Shown piece by piece: positions 39,017-51,924 of a DNA stretch of 64,000 bases; the stretch's first letter is position 1, and each line of letters opens with the position of its first letter. The position numbers were made by a program, and so were the translations under genes. Source of the stretch: Octopus sinensis (lineage: Eukaryota); the NCBI RefSeq assembly GCF_006345805.1, contig NC_043000.1, positions 139,066,001 through 139,130,000 of the forward strand, in the 5' to 3' direction. Under the pieces are notes generated by a model that was given only the letters and a program-made list of their open reading frames with translations, searched no databases and was not told where the DNA came from.

Positions 39017-39599
39017 TTGAATAAATAAATAAATAAATGAATAAATAGTGTAGTCTATGATAGGCAGAAAGTTGTGTAGGTCAAAGCTGATGAATCAAGG
39101 CTGATATTAAGCTGAATCGCGAAAACAGCAGACTTTTGTTCTTTCTTTTGATTTTATTACCTTATAATTTATATTCATTGGTAAGATAAAATTCTATTTC
39201 TTGTTTAATTAGCTAATAGTTGCTCGCAGGTGAGACCAATGTAAAATATAGGTGATGAGGCCAATGTTAAAGAATGAAAGATGAATAACAAGTGAAATGT
39301 TTTCTAGTAGTAAGAAGGTAAATGATATCAAAGGAAGAATTGGTAAAGTATTCCGTTCTGCTCTCATTTAATTACTGCAGCAGAATAGTGCAGTTAGAAA
39401 GAAGATTAGTCGGGCGGGGAACATCTTGAGGAGGAACATGGCAGAGGGGTGGACAGTTGCACAAACACACACACACACACACACATTTTTTCAAAGCATT
39501 TGCTTGTTACAAGATCCTTAAAACAATGAAAATGTAAGAGCTACTAGAATAAAATGGATACTAGACAGAAGTCAATAGGTGATGATGTACATTAGACTT

Positions 39600-39868
39600 C
39601 TCCTTATCTCCTCAAAGACATACAGCATCTCGAAAGAGTCCAGAAGCTGGCTACCCGCATGGTTCATGGTCTCAAGAAATTGTCTTATGAAGAAAGGTTG
39701 AAGACTGTCGACCTTTATTCTCTAGAAAAACGCTGCCGCCGTGGCAATCTCATTCTCGCCCACAACATCATAAGCGGAAAGTGTAACCACCCTGTACTTA
39801 ACTCCATGTCTCCCTACATGGCCTTGCTTTTTGCTTTTGAGCCAAAAAATTAACTAACTAACTAACTA
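39600..39868 (+). mobile_element. CR1 3' fragment with an internal deletion
   Basis: LERVQKLATRMVHGLKKLSYEERL; lacks about 215 bp present in the 26.4-kb copy; (AACT)n tail. Confidence 0.85.
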
Positions 39869-40125
39869 AAAGACTGGAGGTTATACTGAAGGGGAAAACA
39901 AGACTGCGGAAGGGACTCCCCAAGTTCAGAGGTGCAAGGGAAGAAAGTGGTACTGCAAAGTGCTTTACAACACTTAGGAGGTAGCACAGTATACTGATGT
40001 GAACTGGATGCAAGTCTAGTTGATCGCTGATAAGTTCTTAAAGGGGGAACCCAGAGGAGAGAGAGCTCAGCTGAACAATATCCATGAAAATACTTATAGA
40101 AATGAGACAAGGAAGCCACATGGCG
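39869..40125 (-). mobile_element. Jockey/CR1-superclade LINE 3' fragment
   Basis: FYKYFHGYCSAEL..RSTRL..FFPCTSEL..SLPQSCFPLQYNLQ; clade uncertain. Confidence 0.6.
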
Positions 40126-40169
40126 TCAATGAGAGGGTGAATCCAATTTAGAAGATAGATCAGGACCAA

Positions 40170-40540
40170 TAGCATTGCAAATACGGTACTGAATGCAGTC
40201 CGCCACCGGATTGGCATTGTGCCAGTGGAACGTTAAAAACACATCCGAGGGTCATCGTTACCAGGGCCATGGATTGGTCTGCATGCCGGTGGCACGTAAA
40301 AAAGCACCTTTTGAGCATGGTCATTGCCAGAACCGTCTGACTGGCCATTGCACTGGTATCATGTAAAAGCACGCACTACACTCTTGGAGTAGTTGGCATT
40401 AGGAATGGCATCCAGCTGTAGAAACTTTGCCAGATCAGATTGAGCCTGGTGCAGCCTATGGCTCACCAGTGCTCAGTCAAACCGTCCAACCCATGCCAGA
40501 ATGGAAAGCAGACGTTAAATGATGATGACGATGATGATGA
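40170..40540 (+). mobile_element. RTE 3'-UTR repeat (family C)
   Basis: Modules, terminal block and TGA tail. Confidence 0.85.
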
Positions 40541-40929
40541 TATGGCTTAGTGGTTACGGATCATAGATTTCATTCCCAGACTGGGCATTGCATTGTGTTG
40601 TTGAGCAAAGCACTTCGTTTCATGCTGCTCTGTGATCATTTTGTCATGTGACATGTGGCACAATTGGTGGAGGGAGAGAGATCATGATTACACAAACATT
40701 TGATCACTATAAACAAATCATCTGTGTAGTTGTTCAACATGAAATTGCCAAATCCTTGTATCATGACACTTAATCACGGAGGTGTGAGTTCGTATCTCAT
40801 AGCTAACCGCCAACACATTTTTCTGAAAAATAGGGGTAGCTTATTCTGTTCAGGCTATATTATTAGCATTAAGTAAAGAAATATAAAATAGTAAAGAAAT
40901 ATATATTATAAGTATTATCCTGCATTTGA

Positions 40930-41167
40930 GAAATTAAAATCACTTCTTTAACTTTCTAAGACATCTCAAAGCTTCTGAAGCAAACTTTGCTTCCTTGTCT
41001 ATGTTCATTGTAATTTGAATTTTATATATGCAGCACAGACTTTTGTCATTGAACAGGTCGCGGATTTTAGCACCGAAAATATTTTGACAAATTAAACTTA
41101 AATGTTGAAGTGAATCGAACAGCTTTTGTGTGTTCTTAAATGGCTTACAAACACCTTCCACGCTGCA

Positions 41168-41170
<3 letters not shown>
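40930..41170 (+). mobile_element. PLE-derived repeat with a hammerhead-like motif, abutting (TA)n
   Basis: Contains the motif at 41042-41091; followed by a TA tract and further PLE-like pieces. Confidence 0.5.
41042..41091 (+). ncRNA. Minimal hammerhead-like motif, core UUGAACA
   Basis: TTTGTCA-TTGAACA-GGTcGC(ggatttta)GCACC-GAAA-ATAT-TT-TGACAAA: 7-bp stem I, palindromic AATATT stem III. Confidence 0.5.
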
Positions 41171-41223
<53 letters not shown>

Positions 41224-41416
41224 TTAAAATTTATAAGTTTAAATTATCAATTTAAATAATTTTTTAAATTTTAACTTTAATTTAAATATTTTAATTTGTA
41301 ATTTAAAATTTTATATTTTATATTTTTTATATATTTTTTAATTAATTTTATTTTTATGTATTGGCTTATGATTTTCACTGTTTGATTTGCCTAATAGTGG
41401 TTTTATCTCTAACTTA

Positions 41417-41448
<32 letters not shown>

Positions 41449-42530
41449 GCGACTGAAGAAGGGGTTTTTCTTTGTGTTAATTGTCCTGTACTCCATTTTT
41501 TGTTGTTTTTAAAAAAATGTCCAGTTCCTTTGTTTTGTGTCTATGTTTTCGTTTCTCTTTGTGTTCGACGTCCCTTTGGTGTCCTGTACACATATATGCG
41601 TGTATATGTACATGTAGAGGTAGGTACGTACATATATGTTTATATATATGCATATGTTTTATTTCATTTATTAATATATTATATGACTAAACGCATGCAC
41701 CCACTTAAGTAAGATTGTTCTGTATATCAAGTTTTGGTCTTGATATTAACTCTGACGTGCACTCTTCACCTTTCTGTCCCATCCCTATTCTTTGATATTC
41801 TTTTTCCTCTATTTAACTTGTCTCTTCCTCTCTCTCATTCTTCACTCTCTCTCTCCCCCTCACCATTCTTAATGGTTTCCTCGCAGCCATTCCTCTTCTT
41901 CTCTCCCTTCCTCTTGCTCCTCCTCCCCCCTTCCCGTCGTTCACCCGCGACGATACTTCCGCTCTGACTGTCTTTCTGGCCTGGCCTTTCAAGGTAACGG
42001 ACGACATTCTTCCTGCTCCCCTGTCGTTCACAAAAAATTCTGCGTTTGCAATACTTTTTTTCGTTCGGCATCAACAGCCCTTCTTACCTTGTTTTCCCTG
42101 TCCTGTCTTTTACTGTTTATATTTTTGTACTGTCGTTACTGTCCTGTTTTTTTACCATTTTTTTTTACCATTTTTTACCCCTCTGCGAAAAGATCTCAGA
42201 ATTTTAATTGATTTGCTTTTCGCAGGAAGGAAAGTTTCTTGTCGAAGATACGTCTCGCTTTTATCCTTCGAAACGTAGAGTAGATGAAACCATAGCGACT
42301 GAAGAAGGGTTTTTTTCTTTGTGTTAATTGTCCTGTACTCCATTTTTTTGTTGTTTTTAAAAAAATGTCCAGTTCCTTTGGTTTGTGTCTATGTTTTCGT
42401 TTCTCTTTGTGTTCGACGTCCCTTTGGTGTCCTGTACTCATATATGCGTGTATATGTACATGTAGAGGTAGGTACGTACATATATGTTTATATATATGCA
42501 TATGATTTATTTCATTTATTAATATATATA
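41449..42530 (+). mobile_element. PLE-like element with ~240-bp direct terminal repeats (846-bp period)
   Basis: gcgactgaagaaggg..ttattaatata at 41449 and 42295; hammerhead-like motif just upstream of the second repeat; TA tracts at both ends. Confidence 0.65.
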
Positions 42531-42991
42531 TATATACACACATTATGCTTCTGGAATAGAATCTCAGTTTCACTAAGATTGGTGGATCTTGGGAACCATT
42601 TAATGTATATAAGACATCTTTATCTCTCCCCTCTATACCTTAAGTCTCTCAACTGACTCAAAGTCATCCCCCACACTCAGTTGAGTGGCTTTTGTCTTGC
42701 AAGGTACTTGATAACCCTGTCGGTGCCACGTAAAAAGCACTTGTACTGGTTCCACATAAGGAACACTGGTGCCATGTAAGAAGCACTGGTGCTGGTTCCA
42801 CATAAAAGGCACTCAGTATGCTCCATAAAGTAGTTGATATTAGAAAGGGCATCCAGCTGTACAGACCATGCTAAAACAAACAACGGAATTTGATGCGACA
42901 GCTGGCTATGCCAGCTCCTCTCAAACAGTCCTCTGCATGCTGGCATGGAAAACAGACTTTAAATGATGATGATGATATCTCTCTCTCTTTG

Positions 42992-43024
<33 letters not shown>

Positions 43025-43028
<4 letters not shown>

Positions 43029-43440
43029 TTTTATTCTTGTACATTTTTCAGCCATTTGACTGCAGCCATGCTGGAGCACCACCTTTAACCGAACAAATCA
43101 ACCCCAGGACTTATTATTTGTAAGCCTAGTACATATTCTATCATTCTCTTTTGCCGAACCACTAAGTTACAGGGATGTAAACACACTAACAACAGTTGTC
43201 AAGCAATGGTGGGGGGACAAACACATGCACACATGCACACACGCACACACACACACACACACGCACATATATATACGATGGGCTTTTTTTCAGTTTCTAT
43301 CTACCAAATCCACCCACAAGTCTTTTGCTAGCCCAAGGCTATAATAGAAGAGATTTACCCAAGGTGCGATACAGTAGGACTGAATCCCAGAACCATGTGG
43401 TTGGGAAGCAAGCTTCTTGCCACAGAGCCATGTCTGCACC
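43025..43440 (-). mobile_element. SINE family A (diverged)
   Basis: Family A pattern. Confidence 0.8.
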
Positions 43441-43461
43441 AATATATATATATATATATAT

Positions 43462-43815
43462 CATCATCATCATCATCATCGTTTAGCATCCGCTTTCCAT
43501 GCTAGCATGGGTTTGACAGTTCAACTGGGGTCTGGGAAGCCAGAAGGCTGCGCCAGGCCCAGTCTGATCTGGCAGTGTGTCTATAGCGGGATGCCCTTCC
43601 TAACGCCAACCACTCCGTGAGTGTAGTGGGTGCTTTTTACGTGTCACCGGCACAGGTGCCAGACGAGTCTGGTAAATGGCCACGGACAGATGGTGCTTTT
43701 TACATGCCACCGGCACGGAGGCCAGTCGGGGCGGCGTGGGCAACGGCCACGGTCGGGTGGTGCTTTTTATGTGCCACCGGCATCGTGCCAGGCGAGGGTG
43801 GCAATGGCCACGATC
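43462..43815 (-). mobile_element. RTE 3'-UTR repeat (family C)
   Basis: (CAT)n, gtttagcatccgctttccatgctagc and modules. Confidence 0.85.
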
Positions 43816-46395
43816 GGATTGTACTTAGAAGAATGGAGAATTATACATCTTCAAAATTTGTATTACTCTCACTCAGTTCCAATCCATCATTTGCTTCTGG
43901 TGGATAAAGTCCCCGTGTCCTTTGATATAGCATTTACGTGCACTTAGTTGATTCAGTTACAGCTCATATTCATCTGAGGTAGACATTCCTATAAAGCTTT
44001 GTTCAAAGTTTTACCTATGCAGGTGGATGAAATGAACTGGGGATTTGAGTGTTAGTGCTGCTTAAGGTATATAATTGGTGAGGGATCATAGAATCTTAGG
44101 GAACATGACAGTAGAAATTTCTTTGAAATACAATATGACTATAGTTCTGGTATCATTTAAATTTAGAATGACCATCCTACAATTTAAAGGAATAGATCAT
44201 TTCATATACTTAGTGTAGAAGTTTTCTTCAAATGATTAGAATTACTAAATTCTCTAATAAGATGAATTCATTCCAAAAAGACCACTCCAGGATTTTTCCC
44301 TAGGATAAAAAAAATTCTCCACATCTGCATATTTCTTCAGATAAAACCAGGAACTTGTACTCTCTCCCGCTTGATATATATTCTAATTTTGTATCCAAGA
44401 TACTAGTGGAAATTCTAAATACACACATAGGAATGCTCTTATGGATATCAATGAGCTCCACTGTAAGCTGATGACAGATTTCGGGTTACTAGAGAAAAAA
44501 TAATAACTGTTTCGGTTGCCTTTGAGATATTAGAAGAAAGGCTGATAGACCAGAGAGTGTTATGTTTCTTTTGAATGGCTATAAGTATTCAAAATAAAAT
44601 GAGTCCAGGAATTGGAGTAGTACATGAAATGGTGCTTTGCTTTCCTGATAATTGTCTTGCAAATGTTGCAAATGTGCAATAGTAAATACTTATCTCACAG
44701 TGTGTGATGATGCATAAATATCTAAAGGTACTATAAGCAGTCTTTTATGTACAGCTGTAACACAGCTGTAAGTCAAAACACTTGGGAAATTTGGGTTGGA
44801 GTGGGAGGGTTGTTGATTTTGTTTGTGTGTGAGATATGCTAAGTTAATTATTTTAGTCGTGAGGAAGTGGTAGTGGCCATGACTTATATAGGCCCTTGTA
44901 GACTGGTAAGAAAATCCCCATTAATATCCAAGTTACATAGTTGCACATTATTGGCTGCAAGACAGACATTTGCAGGTGTGGAATTCCATCAGCTGGCTTT
45001 TTAGCTATTCATAAGGGCAGGGCTAGTGTGAGGGTTGGAGTGATGGTGGTAGATACAATATGGCTGATAATAACTGGCTGAGTTGTGAGTGTGTGAGAGA
45101 AAATTTTATGAAACTAGTCTGATATAAGAAACAGAGCCCATTGTGGTAGTCATAAAAATGACATTCTAGGTTGTTTGGGCTTGTAGCAACAATTGCACCA
45201 CCATTCTAGATGTTGAGCTTTATAAAGGGTTAATAGTTGATGGAGACTGAAGTGTTTTCTGAATCTGAAGGGAAAGGCCAGTATTAGAGATGCAGCCCTT
45301 TCTAGGTTAAGGATATGTGTTTACCAACAGAAAAATCCTATTAAATTTTTAACAATATCAACAATTCAAACACTGGATTCGCTACATAACACATTGTAAT
45401 ATTAAACAATTGATAATATAGTCACTCTACAACTGCAAACAATTACCCTTATCAAACATTTTTTCCCCAAATCCTAAACCAGAATATACAGAAGGAAAAC
45501 AGGACTATAAAATGTAAAATATGTACCTGCCATCGTGCTTTTGACATTGATTTCTTCCTTCCACCTGACATCAATCAATTGGACAGCAATAATAGCAGGA
45601 AACTTTCAATGAAATAGCAATACTGACACTCTCTATCTAATACATGAAGAAGAGAGAAGAGATTTAAGTCCAGTAGCCTTTATGAGCTGTATGATATCCT
45701 TAAAGTAACAGCTACCAAACAACAGCATCAAAAATTAATACATCATGTGTTTAAGAGGAAAGGAGGCAACATTTGTGAGTTGAAAGTGAAGACCCCAAGA
45801 AGCACTCATGCTCTGATGATATTTAATGCAACCTCAGATCTATTGAATAAATCCACCTTACACCTATAATGCTTAAATTATCAATACACAGAAAAAGTTA
45901 TTGGTGCTCAGAAAATGTTGCTGTAACTGCTAGATATTATAATTACTAGCAAACAATAATATTTAGTTCAAACAAAACAAGTCTTTAGATCTAGCCCAAG
46001 CTTCTAATTTTGTCATTTTCTTCCCATAAGAATACGGTATTTGAAGTAACAATAATTATTAACAAAAGATTTTATAAAATTAACAAAGACATTGAATAAT
46101 AAAAGATATACATCGGTATTTTACTCATAAACATGCCTGCATTAACACTGAGTGTAGAATCTCTTGAATTTGTATTTTCTATATTACACCACGTTTTAAA
46201 GGTTCAACTCTTGTAGTTTTGAAGCATAAAAGAAACCTAAAAAAAACTGCTGTTGAAATAAAGAGAATAGGGAAAAACTGACATTAAGAAAATAGCACCA
46301 AAAATGTCAATAATTTCAAATTTTAAGAGAAAATACTTCACTTAATCAGATTGTTATCATGTTCTTATGTTTATTATATTTTAGTGAACAATATA

Positions 46396-47290
46396 TTGAG
46401 TTGTCCGGAAAGTTCATGCTGATTCTTAGTTGTTCATGTTCCAACACATTAGTATAAAAAGCCAAATTTATCAACACATATAATATGCTTACATTTCTGG
46501 TTAGTACACACTTTAAACTATCTCTTGAGAAAGACAGTTTGCAGTTACTTAAGTCGTGTAAATTTTGCATCCCTATGAAAATGGAAGATTATAAGGTGCA
46601 TTTTAGACACTTGATGCTTTTTTATTACCGTAAAGGCAAAAATGCCTCTCAAGTAACAAAAAAGATATGTGCTGTGTACAGTGAAGTTGCTTAGCTGACA
46701 GAACTGTATAGAAGTGGTTTGCTAAGTTTAGAGTTGGTAATTGTAGCCTTTTTGATGAAGAACAGCCAAGCAGACTGCTCCCCCGCCACACACACACTTC
46801 AGATGATGACCAAATCAAGACATTGAGAACTACTGTTCACAACTGGATGATATAAAGGCAGCAATTCAAGAAAAACACCCAGAATTGTCAAACAGGAAAG
46901 GTATTGTTTTCCATGGGGATAATGCCAGACCTCATATTTCTTTGGAAACCCATCAAAAATTGTTGAAGCTTGGCCAGGATGTGTTACCCCACCCACCACA
47001 TTCACCAGACATTGCTCCTTTGGATTTTCATTTATTAAGCTCCTTTCAAAATAATCTCAATGGTAAAAATTTTAATTCTTTGGAGAACATAAAAAAAAGC
47101 ACCTTAATGAGTTCTTTGCCAAGAAACCACAGAAATTCTGGGAAAATAGAATCTTTAAGTTGAAGGAAAGATGAAGAAAGGTTGTGCAACAAAATGGTTC
47201 GTATTTAGCTGAATAGATATTCAATGGCATAATTTTGTTTTGTCTTTTAATTTCCCTTAAAAATCAGCATGAACTTTGTGAACAGCCTAA
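46396..47290 (+). mobile_element. Internally deleted mariner element
   Basis: 29-bp TIRs ttgagttgtccggaaagttcatgctgatt / aatcagcatgaactttgtgaacagcctaa, TA TSDs, HFRHLMLFYYRKGKNAS, DNARPH, HPPHSPDIAPLDFHL. Confidence 0.9.
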
Positions 47291-47809
47291 TACAATGGTA
47301 TCTGAAAGAATGTTCTTGGATAAGATTATGAAGGGTATTCAACCATAAAATCCATACCTAAACAGACAGTGGAACTTCTGTGCAATCCTCTGGCTTGCCA
47401 GCTCCTGTCAAACCATCCAACCCATGCCAGTATTGTGCCAGTCGATTATGGGGAAAAAATTTCCATTGCTTAGCATTCACTACAACAGCATTGAAACTTA
47501 AGGTTTCTTTGCTCTTGTTATAAATTTCAATTTTTATCTATTATCAAACTTTTATGCCCTTGTTTATGTTTACTCAAATGCTTAAATCCTTCTAACAACA
47601 AGCGATCTGAAATCACTCTTATTAAAATGTTCAGATTCAGATTAAACCTTGATAAAAATATACTTCTAACATGAAGAATGTTGTGAAATTTCAGTTGCTT
47701 AAGATATCATTTAAGATAGTATTTAAATTGAAGCAAGAATTATTGTGATTTTCATTATTTTAAACTTGGACGCTTATTTTGGACGCTTACTATGTTTAAG
47801 TAATATCCC

Positions 47810-48280
47810 ATATATCCGTGCTAGTGGAGCGCTAAGAGAGCCATACAAGTGAGACCAGGGCCAGAGCAACAAGCTGGCCTCCGATCCATGGCACATTAAA
47901 AAACATCATTCCAAGCATGATCATTACCTGTGTCACCTGCTGGCACTTGTACTGGTGACACGTGAAAAAACATTTGAGCAAGGTTGTTGCCAGTGCCGCT
48001 GGACTGGCTACTGTGCAGGTGGCACATAAAAAGCAGCACTTGATCGTGGCCATTGCTAGTACAGCCTGACTGGCCCTCATGCCGGTGGCATGTAAAAAGC
48101 ACCCACTACACTCTCGGAGTGGTTGGCATTAGGAAGGGCATCCAGCTGTAGAAACTCTGCCAGATCAAGATTGGAGTCTGGTGCAGCCGTCTGGTTCGCC
48201 AGACCTCAGTCAAATCATTCAACCCATGCTAGCATGGAAATCGGACGTTAAACGATGATGATGATGATGATGATGATGAG
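47810..48280 (+). mobile_element. RTE 3'-UTR repeat (family C)
   Basis: Modules, terminal block and TGA tail. Confidence 0.85.
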
Positions 48281-48419
48281 GTGTAAGTATTGTTCATTTG
48301 ATTTATGTTATGATAATGGTTTTACTTTTAGTGTTTATTCATGTTTGTTTTAAGTTATAAAATTGCTAAATTTTCTTGTCCGTTTTAAAAGTAAATGCAA
48401 AGCAGTGGAAATGTCTTCC

Positions 48420-49100
48420 AAAAGCATCTAAGCATTGGCGCTGGTAAAAGAACTCGAGAGTGCAGAAGAACTAAAGGTTGACCATTCAGAAGTTGGTTAA
48501 CATTTGCACCACATTAAATAAGGAAACAGGCAGCTTGATAAATGCGTAGTGCCCAAATTGAATGAGATATAAAAACTTATGTCATTATAAAGTCTGTGTG
48601 CCTTTGCAGGGTCAATAAAACTTATCCATTTCTTAACTATGTAGCAACATGACAACATAGGTTTTTATTACAGCTGTCAGTATTTTATGCAATTGCTTTG
48701 CTGAACTGAGGTAAAACATCAAAATTCTTTTCCCAAAATGAAGCTGCATAAAAAAATACTAAATACGACCACACTTTAGTCATTGGCAAGTAAGATCCTT
48801 GACTTCTATTTCCTGAATCATATCACAGCTGAGAGGTATTGCTAGAAATCATCCAATGCATCAAAAAGCTGCTGCATTTACATTCCGAAAACGTCTTTGA
48901 TAATGCCTAACCTTGAATGTCAAAAATGCCTTTGCAAAATGCTATTTGACAAAGTGGCATACACAACCTTATCTAACCAGCTTTCTCCTTAAACATTTCT
49001 TCAGCTGACCACCATTTTCTTAAGCATCTAAATAATTCCTACAGAATGCTTTCAACAACCAAGCAACAGTTCAAAATACCTTTAAAGGAATGCTTGGCTC
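48420..49100 (+). mobile_element. Highly decayed mariner transposase relic
   Basis: AEELKVDHSEV..LDKCVVPKLNE resembles mariner AEELNVDHSTV..LDKWVPHEL; DHHFLKHLNNS resembles DYHFFKHLDNF. Confidence 0.5.
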
Positions 49101-49155
49101 CATGATTTCAAAATTCTATATTTTTACAAATCGTTGTAGCTAATGTTATGTTAAA

Positions 49156-49665
49156 CATCATCATCATTGTTCGACCGTGGTTGAGACAATGGAATTTACC
49201 ATGCTACGCCAGATTTCACGGTCCATCATGCCATTACGGAGGTCCTGTTGCTGGATGCCTGTATCCCTGGAGATTACATCAGGGTAGGAGAGTGTGCGCC
49301 CTCTGGTATTGCATGTAGATGGCTTCCAGAGGAGAAGAGTAGAAATTACTTCTTCTTCAGCTCTACAACAATGTCCAGCAAACTGGACTCTCCTACCTTT
49401 CACAAGAGATGACACAGGTGGTAGTTTCCCATATATTTGCATTTTGGTTGGATGGCACTTCCACGAGAGGTTTTGAGCTCTCATAAGGAGGCGAGTGTAG
49501 GTTCCATCCAACCGCCTCTCAAGCTTCTTTGATAACGTCCAGGTTTCTGAGCCATATAGTAGAATTGGTTCGACTGTGGCTTTGAAGATTTCAAGTTTGA
49601 AGTCTCTACTTAGATTTGATCTTATGCATGTCATTACAGGCTGACCAGGCCATACCCTTTCTAGT
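49156..49665 (-). mobile_element. RTE/RTEX-type LINE 3' fragment, (TGA)n tail
   Basis: FKATVEPILLYGSETWTL..RRVQFAGHC; near-identical sister copy at 60951-61415. Confidence 0.85.
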
Positions 49666-49883
49666 TAAACAACACTGTCAAAAATCTCTGTTCATAATTA
49701 GCTCTGGTGGATTCCACTGCATGTCTCTGCCAATAATACCAATGTAGTTGAATGCATTTCATCTTCTTTTAGGATGTCAAATCTCTGATAACATTTTTTG
49801 ATTGCCTATTAAATCTCCTCTTTGGTCTGGTGATCATAATCTGATATGTTTTGAGCCCTCGTGACAAGCTTGGTATGTATACC

Positions 49884-50119
49884 TATTTCTTTACTACCCA
49901 CAAGGGGCTAAACATATAGAGGACAAACAAGGACAGACAAACAGATTAAGTCGATTATATCGACCCCAGTGTTTAACTGGTACTTAATTTATCAACCCTG
50001 AAAGGATGAAAGGCAAAGTCGACCTTGGCGGAATTTGAACTCAGAACGTAATGGCAGACAAAATACGGCTACACATTTCGCCTGGCGTGCTAATGTTTCT
50101 GCCAGCTCGCCGCCTTCCT
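49884..50119 (-). mobile_element. SINE family B with an 18-bp TSD
   Basis: aagcttggtatgtatacc at 49866-49883 and 50120-50137. Confidence 0.92.
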
Positions 50120-50464
50120 AAGCTTGGTATGTATACCATGAAGGTGAAGTTCTTCATTGTTCCTTCTTCATTATTCAGATTTCAGCTCCACAGAGAGGAA
50201 TGCTCTCTACACATGGTTAACTTCTGAATATTTGATTGTCAAATGTTTTAAAACTTATCATAGGTACTCTTGACTTAGCCCTTGCATGTAAGAAAATCTT
50301 TTATATTGTCAGTAATACAGGATCCAATGTACTCAAAGTTACTGACTTCCTTGAGTTTTGTGCCATCATTGGAACAAATTAGTAGCTGGTTATTGATGGT
50401 CATGTGTTCAAACTGCTTTACTTTGATGAGCAGTATGACTTTAGCTTCTGCATTCTCAATAGAT

Positions 50465-50791
50465 TTTAAAGACTCCGCCGGTTACGACGACGAGGGTCCC
50501 AGCTGATACGATCAACGGAACAGCTTGCTCGTGAAATTAACGTGCAAATGGCTGAGCATTCCACAGACACGTGTACCCTTAACGTAGTTCTCGGGGATAA
50601 TCAGCGTGACACAGAGAGTGACAAGGCTGACCCTTTGAAATACAAGTACAACTCATTTTTGCCAGCTGAGTGGACTGGAGCAACGTGAAATAAAGTGTCT
50701 TGCTCAAGGACACAATGCGTCGCCGGGAATCGAACTCACAACCTTACGATCATGAGCCGAATGCCCTAACAACTAAGCCACGCGCCCTCAC
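50465..50791 (-). mobile_element. tRNA-derived CORE-like SINE (family D) with a 12-bp TSD
   Basis: ttctcaatagat at 50453-50464 and 50792-50803; head gggcgcgtggcttagttgttagg..gagttcgattccc; inserted in decayed RT sequence. Confidence 0.9.
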
Positions 50792-51176
50792 TTCTCAATA
50801 GATATCTTATGCATTACTCACATCCATTAATTTTAATAGACTTATTTCTTGCTACATTCTTCTGATTATTATCTAGTTTGGCAGAATCTTTAAAGTATTG
50901 GATAATAAGCCTTGCAGTGTTTCCATATCTTTACCTTTTGGGTTTTGATTACATGATGGCTGTCTTTGCATTTCATCTTTCAAGATAGATAAAATAAAGT
51001 ACCCGTCAAATTCTACTTATTAAGTAGAATTTAATTGATTATCTTCTTCCCCAATATTTATAGATTTGTGGCTGAGTAAGAAATATTTATTTCGATTAGC
51101 AAAATTTATTCAAGGATATAGTGATTTAAAATCAATAATTAAAAACTGAAATTACTTTTATACTATCTTTATATAT

Positions 51177-51406
51177 TAATACTCTTTTACTCTTTTACTT
51201 GTTTCAGTCATTTGACTGCAGCCATGCTGGAGCCCACCTTTAGTCGAGCAAGTCGACTCCAGGACTTATTCTTTGTAAGCTTAGTACTTATTCTATTGGT
51301 CTCTTTTGCCAAACCTCTAAGTTACTGGGACATAAACACACCAGCAATCGGTTGTCCAGCGATGTTGGGGGGACAAACACAGACACACAAACATATACCA
51401 CACATG

Positions 51407-51469
<63 letters not shown>

Positions 51470-51600
51470 TATATATATACATATATACATATATACATAT
51501 ATACATATATATGGTGGGCTTCTTTCAGTTTCCCTCTACCAAATCCACTCAGAAGGCTTTGGTCAGCCCGAGGCTATAGTAGAAGACACTTGCCCAAATC
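51177..51600 (-). mobile_element. SINE family A lacking its head
   Basis: Family A pattern with an expanded TA tract. Confidence 0.85.
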
Positions 51601-51924
51601 CACCCAGAATCATATGGTTTAACCCATAAAAGTCCTGTTGAAAATATAAATACATAAGCCTGTTACTCAAGAAATAAATCATGAAATGGTGAAGCAATCA
51701 CCATCATCATCATCATCATTCACCATCAATTTTCAATGCTGGCATGGGTTAGACCAGCTGGAGCCTTTCAGTAATGAAAAAAAAGTGCCATCTAAAATAC
51801 ATTTCCCAAATCCATTTTATAAGAGAAATCAGGAAAACTTTTTCTAAAGTTTATCGTTTGTTGCTGTTCAAATAATAATAATGATACTTTGTTTCTTACA
51901 AATTGATAAATCTCTATAGAATTC

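Noticed and set aside
41452-41475. Canonical CTGAAGA hammerhead core at the start of the direct repeats (also 42298)
   Set aside because: No stem II closure or downstream GAAA, so it is not a hammerhead in these copies
44480-45330. Possible decayed Penelope GIY-YIG region with ggcaaccgaaacag on the minus strand
   Set aside because: Peptide resemblance needs many stops and frameshifts and the 5' core is missing; too degenerate to list
50715-50791. tRNA-like sequence with a CAT anticodon-like loop
   Set aside because: Acceptor stem does not close and it continues into a SINE body with a TSD; it is a SINE head, as are all other A/B-box hits
51008-51032. TTCTACT..AGTAGA resembles a Cas12a repeat stem
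   Set aside because: Single copy, no spacers, no cas genes, eukaryotic context; no CRISPR array in the window
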